From contig JBGARZ010000009.1 in the NCBI GenBank assembly GCA_044229975.1, positions 411,947 through 432,085 of the forward strand: a stretch of DNA of 20,139 bases. Direction: 5' to 3'. Both the position numbers and the translations under genes were made by a program. This DNA comes from Polyangiales bacterium (GTDB lineage: Bacteria; Myxococcota_A; Polyangia; Polyangiales; Ga0077539). Shown in pieces: positions 1 to 7,446 of this stretch. The notes beneath the pieces were generated by a model. That model was not told the DNA's origin, searched no databases, and saw only the letters and a program-made list of their open reading frames with translations. Every line of letters starts with the position of its first letter. The first letter of the stretch is position 1.

Positions 1-171
1 CGCGGCCCAGCGAGGGCGCGGCCCCAGCGCACTGCTTCGCCCCTCCAACCGAAGACGAACCGCGCGCTCGATGCCGTCCGCGAGCCAGTCGATGAGCACG
101 CGCACCGCGGCCAGCGGCGGAGGTCCGTCGCGGAAGCCGGGTACATGCACACGCTCGTGAATCTGCGGCAT
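1..171 (-). CDS. Partial CDS. These are the first 57 codons of a leftward gene that runs off the window edge (MPQIHERVHVPGFRDGPPPLAAVRVLIDWLADGIERAVRLRLEGRSSALGPRPRWAA...). Function unknown.
   Basis: An ATG on the minus strand at 171-169 is open to position 1. Third-position GC is about 80% and the residue composition looks protein-like. It is missing from the supplied ORF track because it is truncated. I recognise no motif. Confidence 0.3.
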   Translation of the reverse strand, partial: MPQIHERVHVPGFRDGPPPLAAVRVLIDWLADGIERAVRLRLEGRSSALGPRPRWAA

Positions 172-184
172 CGTCGCAAACTAC

Positions 185-200
185 CACGAGCACACTCGTG
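185..200. promoter_or_regulatory. Perfect 6-4-6 palindrome CACGAGcacaCTCGTG in the divergent intergenic region. A third CTCGTGAA half-site lies at 154-161. Candidate operator.
   Basis: Read directly from the sequence. It sits between the leftward partial gene (start 171) and the rightward acyltransferase (start 267). Confidence 0.25.
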
Positions 201-266
201 AACGAGGCAAGGCCGGACCGCGGGCGTCGCGTGATCGGCGCCCACGGGCGATGGTAGGCTGCGCGC

Positions 267-854
267 GTGAAGCGCATCTGGTTGTCGACAATGGCGCTGG
301 AGCTCGCGAAGTGGCGCTTCGAGGGGGAGCTTCCGCGCGAGAAGAAGTACGTGTGCATCGCGTACCCGCACACCAGCAATTGGGACGGGCTGCTGATGAT
401 CGCCTTCGCCACGCAGCTCGGGCTGAAGGCGCGCTGGATGATCAAGGACGAGTGGACGCGGCCGCCGCTCGGGCTGGCGCTGCGCGAGCTCGGGGCGGTG
501 GGCATCGACCGCAGCCGCGCCAACAGCGTGGTGGCGCAGATGGTGGAGGAGTTCGGTCGGCACGAGGAGTTCGTGCTGGGCATTCCGCCGGAGGGGACGC
601 GCGGCCGGGCCGAATACTGGAAGTCGGGCTTCTATCACGTCGCCCTCGGAGCGAAGGTGCCGGTGGTTCCCGCGTACATCGACTTCGCGGGCAAGCGCGC
701 GGGCATGGGACCGCCGATGTGGATGACCGGCGACGTGCGCGCGGACATGGACCGCATCCGCGCGTTCTACGGCTCGCTCGACGTGCGGGCGTACGCGCCC
801 GAGAACGTGGGACCCATCCGCCTGCGCGAAGAGACCGCAACCCCGTCGGGCTAA
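267..854 (+). CDS. Lysophospholipid acyltransferase (1-acyl-sn-glycerol-3-phosphate acyltransferase, PlsC family).
   Basis: HxxxxD acyltransferase motif in 'YPHTSNWDG', and motif III 'PEGTRG'. GTG start at 267 (alternative ATG at 291, MALELAKW). TAA stop at 852-854. Normal amino-acid composition. Confidence 0.65.
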   Translation: MKRIWLSTMALELAKWRFEGELPREKKYVCIAYPHTSNWDGLLMIAFATQLGLKARWMIKDEWTRPPLGLALRELGAVGIDRSRANSVVAQMVEEFGRHEEFVLGIPPEGTRGRAEYWKSGFYHVALGAKVPVVPAYIDFAGKRAGMGPPMWMTGDVRADMDRIRAFYGSLDVRAYAPENVGPIRLREETATPSG

Positions 855-858
855 GCGC

Positions 859-1230
859 CTACGCACCGAGCGCGTGGGCGAGCGCTCCCGCAACGAGAAA
901 CGCCACCGCGATGGCGTCGGCGACGAAGACCCGGACGAGCGCCGGGTGCTGCCTCCGCGGCGACCCCATCAGCGCCATGAACGACGTCGCGCTCACGAGT
1001 CCCACCGTGAGTGCAGCGGTCCAGAAGCGCGGGACGAACGCGGCGTACAGAAGCGCCGCCCCGAGCAGACCGAAGAGCACCGCGCGGTGACGGAGCAGGA
1101 GCAGCAGCGCGCGGTCGCGCACGTCGACGCCATAGAGGGCCGCGAGCGCCGACGCGCCGAAGACCCCGCGCAACGGCAGCAGGTGGATGACGCTGGCGAC
1201 GAGGAGGGCAACGAAGGGAACGTGTCGCAT
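859..1230 (-). CDS. Hypothetical small integral membrane protein (123 aa, about 4 hydrophobic helices).
   Basis: Leu/Ala/Val-rich hydrophobic segments. The overlapping plus ORF 874..1236 is a charged antisense shadow. It lies downstream of the thioesterase on the same strand. Confidence 0.5.
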   Translation of the reverse strand: MRHVPFVALLVASVIHLLPLRGVFGASALAALYGVDVRDRALLLLLRHRAVLFGLLGAALLYAAFVPRFWTAALTVGLVSATSFMALMGSPRRQHPALVRVFVADAIAVAFLVAGALAHALGA

Positions 1231-1305
1231 CGGTGACCCGATGGGTACGCCGCCGCCCCGCGACGGGCCATGACCTCGGAGGTCATGCGCGGAGACAGCA
1301 GTCGC

Positions 1306-1779
1306 CTACCAGCGGTGATAGGCGGGGTGGTCGGGCTTCACGGCGACGAAGGTTCCGCTGCCGATGGCGGTGACCTTGCCGTTGGCCGTCATGATCGCCT
1401 GGATGACGGCGCGGTCTTCGGTCGACGACACGACGTGCGCGTCGACGTGCACCGGCCCCAGCGGCGTCGGGCGCTTGAGCGCCACCTTGAACTCCGCGGT
1501 CACCATGCACGGCGCGTGGTCGAGGCCACCCTTGCGCATCAGGTGATGGATGGCGGTCCAGTTCATGTGGCAGTCGAGGACGGCGCCGATGATGCCGCCG
1601 TTGAGGACGTCTTCGAAGGCCTCGTGGTGGCGCTCGGGGACGAAGTCGCAGGTCACGTGCGCGTCGCTCGCCTCGCTCGCGGCGACGCTGCGGATGCGAA
1701 GGCCCCGCTCGTTGGCGGGCCCGCAGCCGAAGCACCGCCCGTGCGGCGCGAAGGTCTCCTGGAGGGATCGCTCGCTCAT
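1306..1779 (-). CDS. Hotdog-fold thioesterase, PaaI-like family.
   Basis: 'CFGCGPANERGL' N-terminal signature and a central 'GGIIGAVLDCHMNW' block typical of PaaI/4HBT-type thioesterases. I place the start at the internal ATG (MSERSLQETF) at 1779-1777 because the upstream extension is Arg/Gly-rich junk. It lies 4 nt downstream of the previous gene, so the two are probably operonic. Confidence 0.6.
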   Translation of the reverse strand: MSERSLQETFAPHGRCFGCGPANERGLRIRSVAASEASDAHVTCDFVPERHHEAFEDVLNGGIIGAVLDCHMNWTAIHHLMRKGGLDHAPCMVTAEFKVALKRPTPLGPVHVDAHVVSSTEDRAVIQAIMTANGKVTAIGSGTFVAVKPDHPAYHRW

Positions 1780-1783
1780 CGCG

Positions 1784-2242
1784 TCAACCCCAGCCGCTCG
1801 TCGACTGAGCCTGTCCCCCGAACCGCGCCCGCGCATGCTCGATGGCCGCTAGCGCGTCGCCCGGAGCGCGCAGCGTCACGCGGCCGTCGAGCACCACCGA
1901 GCTCTCCGCGCGACCGACCTGCGACCACGGGATGCGGATGGGCGGATGGAAGGGGAAGAACTTCGACACCCGCAGCGCGAGCCCGGTGCGGTCGGCGCGG
2001 ATCGCGAGCAGCCCCCCGCGGTACGAGGTCACCCCGATCATCGCGTAGAGGGGCGTCGGGAGCGCCTCCATCCCCGCGAAGACCTGGTCGTCGATGAGGT
2101 ACTTCGCGACGAGCGATCGGTAGCCGCTCACCGTCGCCAGCAGGATGCACACGAAGCACCAGATGCTGGTGAACATGATCGTGAACGCCACGACGATGAA
2201 GGGGATGAGCCAGAGCTGCGCATCGGCTGGTTGGGGGTTCAT
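1784..2242 (-). CDS. Hypothetical membrane-anchored protein with an N-terminal transmembrane helix and a ~100 aa soluble domain.
   Basis: ATG at 2242-2240. Hydrophobic helix 'LWLIPFIVVAFTIMFTSIWCFVCILLATV'. Ordinary composition. First gene of a 3-gene leftward cluster that includes the thioesterase. Confidence 0.55.
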   Translation of the reverse strand: MNPQPADAQLWLIPFIVVAFTIMFTSIWCFVCILLATVSGYRSLVAKYLIDDQVFAGMEALPTPLYAMIGVTSYRGGLLAIRADRTGLALRVSKFFPFHPPIRIPWSQVGRAESSVVLDGRVTLRAPGDALAAIEHARARFGGQAQSTSGWG

Positions 2243-2315
2243 GCCGCGACGATACCCGTTCTACGAACAGATCGTTTATGTCGGCGCTTCCGCCGTCGGA
2301 GTACAGTCCGCGCGC

Positions 2316-3899
2316 ATGACACTCCGTGGCGCATCACCTCCGGTCGCGCTCCTCGCCTGCCTCGCTGCGTGCAGCGGCGCCAGCATCGCCGCTTGCAGCG
2401 GCACCAGCACCGCCGTCGACGCCGGGCGATCGACCGACGTCCCCGCCGCGGTCGACGTCCCCGTCGCCGTCGATGTCGTGGACGTCGTGGATGTCACCGA
2501 GAAGGCGCCCGACGTCTCCGCCCTCGACGCTCCGACCGACGACACCCCCGTCGACGACGACGTGCCCGTGAGCGACGTGCCGACCGACGCGCCCGTCTCC
2601 GTAGCGTTGGCCGTCCCCTGCGCCGACACCGCGGCCAACGTGTACGTCACGCCCGCGGGCCTGCCGCTCTTCTCGCCCGCCGAGCGCGGCGCCGTGGTGC
2701 GCTGCACCGTCGACCCGCCGCAGAGCCTCGCGATGGTCGAGTCCAGCCTCCGCGCCGCCAACGTCGAGGGCGTCACCGCCGCGTGGCCCGTCGACGTCTA
2801 TCGCATCGCGTTTCGCACCATGCGCAACACCATCGGTGACGGGCTGTCGAGCGCGCGTGTGTACGTCCCTCGGGGGGTGGTCGGGCCGCGCCCGCTCGTG
2901 GTCGTCGCGCACCCCAGCGAGGGCATCGCCGACACCTGCGCCACCTCGCGCCGCGCCGACAGCATGCGCGACCTCGCGCTCCCGTGGGCCGCCCGCGGCT
3001 ATCCCGTCATCGCCCCCGACTACGCCGGCCTCGGCACCGACGGGACCCAAGGCTACCTCGACAACCGCGACACCGCGCAGTCGCTCCTCGACGGCGCCCG
3101 CGCGCTGCGCCGCATGCTCACGCCGGGGTCGCTCTCGTCGCGCATCCTGCTCGTGGGCCACAGCCAGGGCGGCGGCGCCGTGCTCGCGGCGCAGTCGCTC
3201 GTGCGCACCTACGGGGCCGACGGGGACATCGCCGCCGCCGTGGTGTTTGCGCCGGAGTGGCCGTCGCGCATCAACTCGTTCCGGCTGCTCGACGCGCTCC
3301 GCAACCCCGACGCGCTGACCATCACCTACGGCCTCACGACGCCCGTCGTGGCGACCTCCATGGCCTTCGCGTTCTACGAGAACTACCTCGGCGCCGGTCG
3401 CGGCGGCGAGGCCTTCCCCGCGCTGGCGCGCACCACGTCACCGGCCTCCATCAACTCGCTCTGCCTCACCGGCTACGGCGGCTATGTGCAGGGGCTCCAG
3501 CTCCGGGTGCGCGACTGGCTCGACGAGCCCGTGCGCGCGGGCTTCGTCGCCTGCGCCACCGACCGCGCGAGCCCCGCCTGCGCGGGCCCGGGGAGGGTCT
3601 TCTTCGAGTACGTGCGCGCCAACGCCGAGCTCGGACAGGCCGACCCCATGGGGGCGCCCGTGCTCTACGTGCAGGGCATGCTCGACACCATCATGCCGCC
3701 CGCCCGCGAGGCCGCGTGCAACCTGCTCCTGCTGCGCCGCGCCGGGGTCGACGTGGAGGTGTGCACCGACAACGCCGCGCTGCACACCACCGTGGTCGAG
3801 CGCAACGCGCGCCGCGCCATCGCCTGGGCCGAGGCCCGCCTCGCTGGCGGAACCATCCCGGGCTGCACCGGACCCGCGATGCCCGACTGCGAGCCGTAG
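2316..3899 (+). CDS. Secreted lipoprotein of the alpha/beta-hydrolase fold, a lipase/esterase-like enzyme.
   Basis: Start ATG at 2316 (MTLRGASPPVALLACLAACSG) gives a type II signal peptide with lipobox LAAC. This is followed by an acidic Val/Asp/Pro low-complexity linker. The 'LLVGHSQGGGAV' nucleophile elbow is a GxSxG motif. The upstream part of supplied ORF 2145..3899 overlaps the divergent gene and is not coding. Confidence 0.7.
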   Translation: MTLRGASPPVALLACLAACSGASIAACSGTSTAVDAGRSTDVPAAVDVPVAVDVVDVVDVTEKAPDVSALDAPTDDTPVDDDVPVSDVPTDAPVSVALAVPCADTAANVYVTPAGLPLFSPAERGAVVRCTVDPPQSLAMVESSLRAANVEGVTAAWPVDVYRIAFRTMRNTIGDGLSSARVYVPRGVVGPRPLVVVAHPSEGIADTCATSRRADSMRDLALPWAARGYPVIAPDYAGLGTDGTQGYLDNRDTAQSLLDGARALRRMLTPGSLSSRILLVGHSQGGGAVLAAQSLVRTYGADGDIAAAVVFAPEWPSRINSFRLLDALRNPDALTITYGLTTPVVATSMAFAFYENYLGAGRGGEAFPALARTTSPASINSLCLTGYGGYVQGLQLRVRDWLDEPVRAGFVACATDRASPACAGPGRVFFEYVRANAELGQADPMGAPVLYVQGMLDTIMPPAREAACNLLLLRRAGVDVEVCTDNAALHTTVVERNARRAIAWAEARLAGGTIPGCTGPAMPDCEP

Positions 3900-3908
3900 C
3901 GAAGGACC

Positions 3909-4574
3909 ATGAGCGCTCACCGACCGATCGAGATCCAGTGCTCCGCCTGCGGCGCCGCGGGGGAGTATGTGATGTGGGAGTCGGTCAACCGCGACCTCGA
4001 CCCCAGGGCCGCGAAGGCGCTCGGACACGGCGAGCTCCTCATGCACGAGTGCGCGGCGTGCGGTGTGAAGTCCGAGGTGGTCCACCCGGTGCTGCTCCAC
4101 GCAATGGCGCAGAAGGAGATGGTGCAGTTCACGGCGGGCGACGACGTGGGCGACGCGCTCTCGCCCGCGGTCGCGATGATGAAGGCGCTGGGGCCGTTCG
4201 TGCTCTGGACGGTGCCGAGCGTGGCCGACCTGCGCGAGGCCGCGCGCGTGTACGAGGCGGGGTTCGAGATGTTCGCGATGATGATGTTCCGGTTTCGGCT
4301 GCGGGCAGAGCTGGTGCGGTCGGGGAAGCCGGAGGTCACGGGCGTGCACTTCGATCACATGATCGACGAAGGCGATGGCCCGACGGCGTTGTTCGCGGTG
4401 CTCGTCGAGGGCGCGGGGGACGCAGGGTACGTGGGGGTTCCGCGCGCCCGCATCGCGGAGAACGAAGCCTTCCTCGCGCAGTTTCGCGAGCACGCCGTGA
4501 CGCCATGGACGTGGACGGCGTGGGACGACGAGACGGCCGGGGCGGTCTACCAACGGCTCGCGGGGCCGGACTGA
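3909..4574 (+). CDS. Hypothetical protein with an N-terminal zinc-ribbon (CpXC-like) pair, 'CSACG...CAACG'.
   Basis: A 'GAAGGA' Shine-Dalgarno-like sequence lies 5 nt upstream of ATG 3909. The start is 10 nt after the lipase stop, suggesting an operon. Two CxxCG motifs are spaced ~40 aa apart. Ordinary composition. Confidence 0.55.
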   Translation: MSAHRPIEIQCSACGAAGEYVMWESVNRDLDPRAAKALGHGELLMHECAACGVKSEVVHPVLLHAMAQKEMVQFTAGDDVGDALSPAVAMMKALGPFVLWTVPSVADLREAARVYEAGFEMFAMMMFRFRLRAELVRSGKPEVTGVHFDHMIDEGDGPTALFAVLVEGAGDAGYVGVPRARIAENEAFLAQFREHAVTPWTWTAWDDETAGAVYQRLAGPD

Positions 4575-4594
4575 GCGTCCGGCAGTAGAGAGGG

Positions 4595-4728
4595 CCGCCA
4601 GGGCGCAAGGGTCGCAAGGAACGGATGGGGAGGGATTGGCGCGGTGTTCGGAGCAGCGGCTGACTACCGTTGAATCCAGCCCTCCCGTCCTTCCCCATCT
4701 GTTCCTTGCGACCCTTGCGCCCTGGCGG
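4595..4728. repeat. Inverted-repeat element with 40-bp arms (38/40 match) flanking a ~55-bp spacer.
   Basis: Left arm ccgccagggcgcaagggtcgcaaggaacggatggggaggg (4595-4634). Right arm ccttccccatctgttccttgcgacccttgcgccctggcgg (4689-4728) is its reverse complement with 2 mismatches. Imperfect extension to about 48 bp. It lies 20 bp after the stop of the 3909..4574 gene. Confidence 0.6.
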
Positions 4729-4764
4729 CTTTGTCTCTCGCGGTTTGTGGCCGCGTCGACCCGC

Positions 4765-4950
4765 TCACTCCGCGCGGCGGCAGCAGGTCGCGCACGAGAG
4801 CGGCTGACACCGCCCATACGCAGGTGACGTCGGCTCCGCGCAGCACACGTACCCGTCGTCGCAGATCGTCCCCACGCAGCGGTTGGGCCCCGCGTCGGCC
4901 GCCTCCGTCGCGTCGATGCCGGCGTCGTCCAGCGAGCGCCCGCCTCGCAC
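4765..4950 (-). CDS. Possible small cysteine-rich ORF with 8 Cys in the last 40 residues (...CVGTICDDGYVCCAEPTSPAYGRCQPLSCATCC...). It may be a fragment of a frameshifted gene.
   Basis: High third-position GC in this frame over 4765-4950, but the same positions also serve a plus-strand frame. GTG start only. No signal peptide. A second coding-like block (5036-5125, minus, 'MALLQRCPSATAAKLWTLVVETRWSNASES') lies in a different frame upstream. Confidence 0.2.
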   Translation of the reverse strand: MRGGRSLDDAGIDATEAADAGPNRCVGTICDDGYVCCAEPTSPAYGRCQPLSCATCCRRAE

Positions 4951-5245
4951 GACGGCGCGGCCTCTGCCATCGTGCGCGGGATTGCGGCGGTGGTATCCGC
5001 GCGGCGCAGTCGCTCCACGCCGCGGGTCGACACGCCGACTCCGATGCGTTGCTCCAGCGGGTCTCCACGACGAGCGTCCACAGCTTCGCGGCCGTCGCGC
5101 TCGGACACCTCTGCAAGAGCGCCACGCTGCGGGCGCGACCCCCTCGCCGCCGAGCTCAGCGCCGACCCCGGCCTGCGCGCGTGGGTCGAGTCGCTGGGGG
5201 TTCCCGTACTCATTGGCTGTGGGTGTTGCCGCGTTGGCGCCGACC

Positions 5246-6217
5246 TCACCCGCCGCGCAGCAGGCGCAGCACCGTCACCGCCGCCGTCACGCTTCTCACC
5301 GTCGGCGCAAAGGTCCACCGCAGCGACGCCATCCCCTCCGCCACCGTCAGCGTCGGAACGTCCTCCAGGCACACCTCCCGCAACCCCTTCTGCGCCTCCC
5401 TCGCGCGCAGCGCTGCCGTCGCGCCGGGCTCGCCCTCCCACCCGAAGCGCCCGTCGAGCTCCGCGTCTCCCGTCGCCGCGCCGCGCCCGCTGCGTCCCAG
5501 TCCGCCCGACGCGCTCTGCGGCCGCAGCACCAGCCGCGCCGCCGACCGACGCGCCGTCGTCAGCAGCCCCACCTCCACCCGCGGCCCCGACCAGAACCCG
5601 CTCCCCTTCACCGCCCACGCATCGAAGACCATCGGCGCACCGCCCACGCGAAACCGCGCCCGCGCGCCCCGACCGTGCGCTGCGTCCAGCGTCGCCGCCG
5701 CGTCGAAGCGCAGCGCGATGTCCCTCACCCGCGCGCTCAACTTCTCCTGCGCGTCACTGCCTAGCTCCGCCGACGACACCTCGGCGAGCGACGCGTCGAT
5801 CACCCGCATCCACGGGAAGTCCACCCGCGGCCACTCGGCGGCAGGAACGTTCCAGGCGCGGTGCGGGTCGTCCATGTCAGCGAGCGCTTCGTCGATCGCC
5901 GCACGACAGCGCTCCAGCGCATCGATGGCCGCCAGCGCCGTGTGCCACTCGTCCACCCAGCGCCCGCCCTCTCGCAGCAACCCCTCGATGCGCTCGCGAA
6001 CCTCCACTGGCAGGTGACGCCACCCCCGCGCCTCGATGCGCGCGATGCCCTCACGCGCCTCCGCGTCGAGTCGTTGCCAGCGCTGCTGCAAGGTCGGGAG
6101 CGCGTCGCGGTACACGGTCGGCCGTGCTCCCTCGTAGCACGCTGTCCACCCGCGAGGTTTCCCCGACCGCCCGGTCGGGATACGTTCCGTCGCACCCGTC
6201 ATGGCGCTCAACCCCAT
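5246..6217 (-). CDS. Hypothetical protein (about 320 aa) of unknown function.
   Basis: Very strong third-position G bias along the whole ORF and ordinary composition. ATG candidates at 6217 and 6202. Both overlap the start of the divergent gene beginning at 6201. Confidence 0.55.
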   Translation of the reverse strand: MGLSAMTGATERIPTGRSGKPRGWTACYEGARPTVYRDALPTLQQRWQRLDAEAREGIARIEARGWRHLPVEVRERIEGLLREGGRWVDEWHTALAAIDALERCRAAIDEALADMDDPHRAWNVPAAEWPRVDFPWMRVIDASLAEVSSAELGSDAQEKLSARVRDIALRFDAAATLDAAHGRGARARFRVGGAPMVFDAWAVKGSGFWSGPRVEVGLLTTARRSAARLVLRPQSASGGLGRSGRGAATGDAELDGRFGWEGEPGATAALRAREAQKGLREVCLEDVPTLTVAEGMASLRWTFAPTVRSVTAAVTVLRLLRGG

Positions 6218-7406
6218 CGTGCTCGCGGTGCCGTTCTACTTCGTCGGGATGGGCGTCGAGGCGCTCATCAACCACAAGCTCCGCGCGCGGCTCTACGTGC
6301 TCGACGACACGCTCAACAACCTCGCGTGCGGGCTCTTCCAGCAGCTCCTCACGGTGGTCGCCAACGTCGCGCTCATGGCGCCGTACTACTGGCTCTATCG
6401 CCACGCGCGCGTGACCGACTGGTTCATCGCCCACCCCACCGTCGCGTGGATCACCGCGTTCGTGCTGTCGGACTTCTTCTATTACTGGTTCCATCGGTGG
6501 AGCCACGAGAGCGCCATCGGGTGGTTCAGCCACGTCGTCCACCACCAGAGCGAGGAGTACAACCTCTCCGTCGCGCTCCGTCAGGACGGCTGGCAGCCGC
6601 TCTTCTCGATGTGGTTCTTCCTGCCCATCGCGCTGCTGGGCGTTCCGCCCGCCGCGTTTGCCACCGCGTACGGCCTGGTCATCGTGCTCCAGTTCTGGAT
6701 CCACACGCGGCTCATCGGTCGCCTCGGACCGCTGGAGTGGGTGCTCAACACCCCGTCGCACCACCGCGTCCACCACGGCGTCGACCCCAAGTACCTCGAT
6801 AAAAACTACGCCGGCGTCTTCATCATCTGGGACCGGATGTTCGGCACCTTCCAGCGCGAGGAGGAGTCGCCCACCTACGGAACCATCGAGCCCGTCGCGA
6901 GCTTCAACCCCGGCTGGTCGCACCTCGCGTACGGCGCCAAGCTCGCGAAGAAGGTCGCCGCCATGCCCGACCTCTGGAGCGCCGCGCAGGCCATCGTCCG
7001 CTCGCCCGGATGGGTTCCCGCGGGCGTGCCGATGGAGGACCTCAACGCCCTCGCCGCCGAGCGCCTCACGGCCCCGAAGTACCGCGTGACGGTCACGCCT
7101 CCGCGCCGTCGCTACGTGCTCGCGGCCTTCGTGTTCGCGATGGTTCCGGGGCTCGCGCCGCTGGTGATTCCCTTTCCCGCGCTGGTGACGGTGGCCCTCT
7201 CGGCGCTCTCGGTGTGGGGCCTCACCAACGTCGGCGGCGTCACCGAGTCGCGCGCCTGGGCGGCTCCGTCGGAGCTCGCGCGGCTCGCGCTGATGAGCGC
7301 GGCGAGCATCGGGCTCGCGGCGTGGTCGCACCAGCCCGCGTGGTTGATCGCGAGCGTGGTGTCGGTGGTGTTGGCGGGGTGGACCCGTCGCGTCGCGACG
7401 GCCTGA
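6201..7406 (+). CDS. Fatty acid hydroxylase superfamily / sterol desaturase family integral membrane protein.
   Basis: Three histidine boxes, 'HRWSHE', 'HVVHHQS' and 'HHRVHHG', in the characteristic order and spacing for di-iron membrane hydroxylases/desaturases. Multiple transmembrane helices. Extra C-terminal ~110 aa hydrophobic extension. Confidence 0.75.
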   Translation: MALNPIVLAVPFYFVGMGVEALINHKLRARLYVLDDTLNNLACGLFQQLLTVVANVALMAPYYWLYRHARVTDWFIAHPTVAWITAFVLSDFFYYWFHRWSHESAIGWFSHVVHHQSEEYNLSVALRQDGWQPLFSMWFFLPIALLGVPPAAFATAYGLVIVLQFWIHTRLIGRLGPLEWVLNTPSHHRVHHGVDPKYLDKNYAGVFIIWDRMFGTFQREEESPTYGTIEPVASFNPGWSHLAYGAKLAKKVAAMPDLWSAAQAIVRSPGWVPAGVPMEDLNALAAERLTAPKYRVTVTPPRRRYVLAAFVFAMVPGLAPLVIPFPALVTVALSALSVWGLTNVGGVTESRAWAAPSELARLALMSAASIGLAAWSHQPAWLIASVVSVVLAGWTRRVATA

Positions 7407-7424
7407 ACGCCAGTCTTCGCAAGG

Positions 7425-7446
7425 TCACCGCGGCCGGACGCGGTCA
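7425..7446. terminator. GC-rich hairpin (ACCGCG-gccgga-CGCGGT) with no U-tract, lying between the convergent desaturase and dehydrogenase stops. Possible bidirectional terminator.
   Basis: Inverted repeat seen in the sequence. It overlaps the stop codon of the leftward gene ending at 7444. Confidence 0.2.

Noticed and set aside
251-1090. ORF 251..1090(+) overlapping the acyltransferase in another frame.
   Set aside because: Ala/Arg/Gly-rich. The acyltransferase frame carries the HxxxxD motif instead.
2243-2315. Near-palindrome AAC-a-GATC-GTT in the lipase divergent promoter.
   Set aside because: It is asymmetric and only 3 bp per arm, too weak to call.
2984-5618. Very long ORFs 2984..4588(+), 3438..5618(-), 4731..6017(+), 4883..5764(+) and 4972..6414(+) with Arg/Gly/Pro/Ala-rich products.
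   Set aside because: Their composition is typical of wrong-frame or antisense translation in 70% GC DNA. They overlap well-supported genes (lipase, zinc-ribbon protein, 5246..6217) and carry no motifs.
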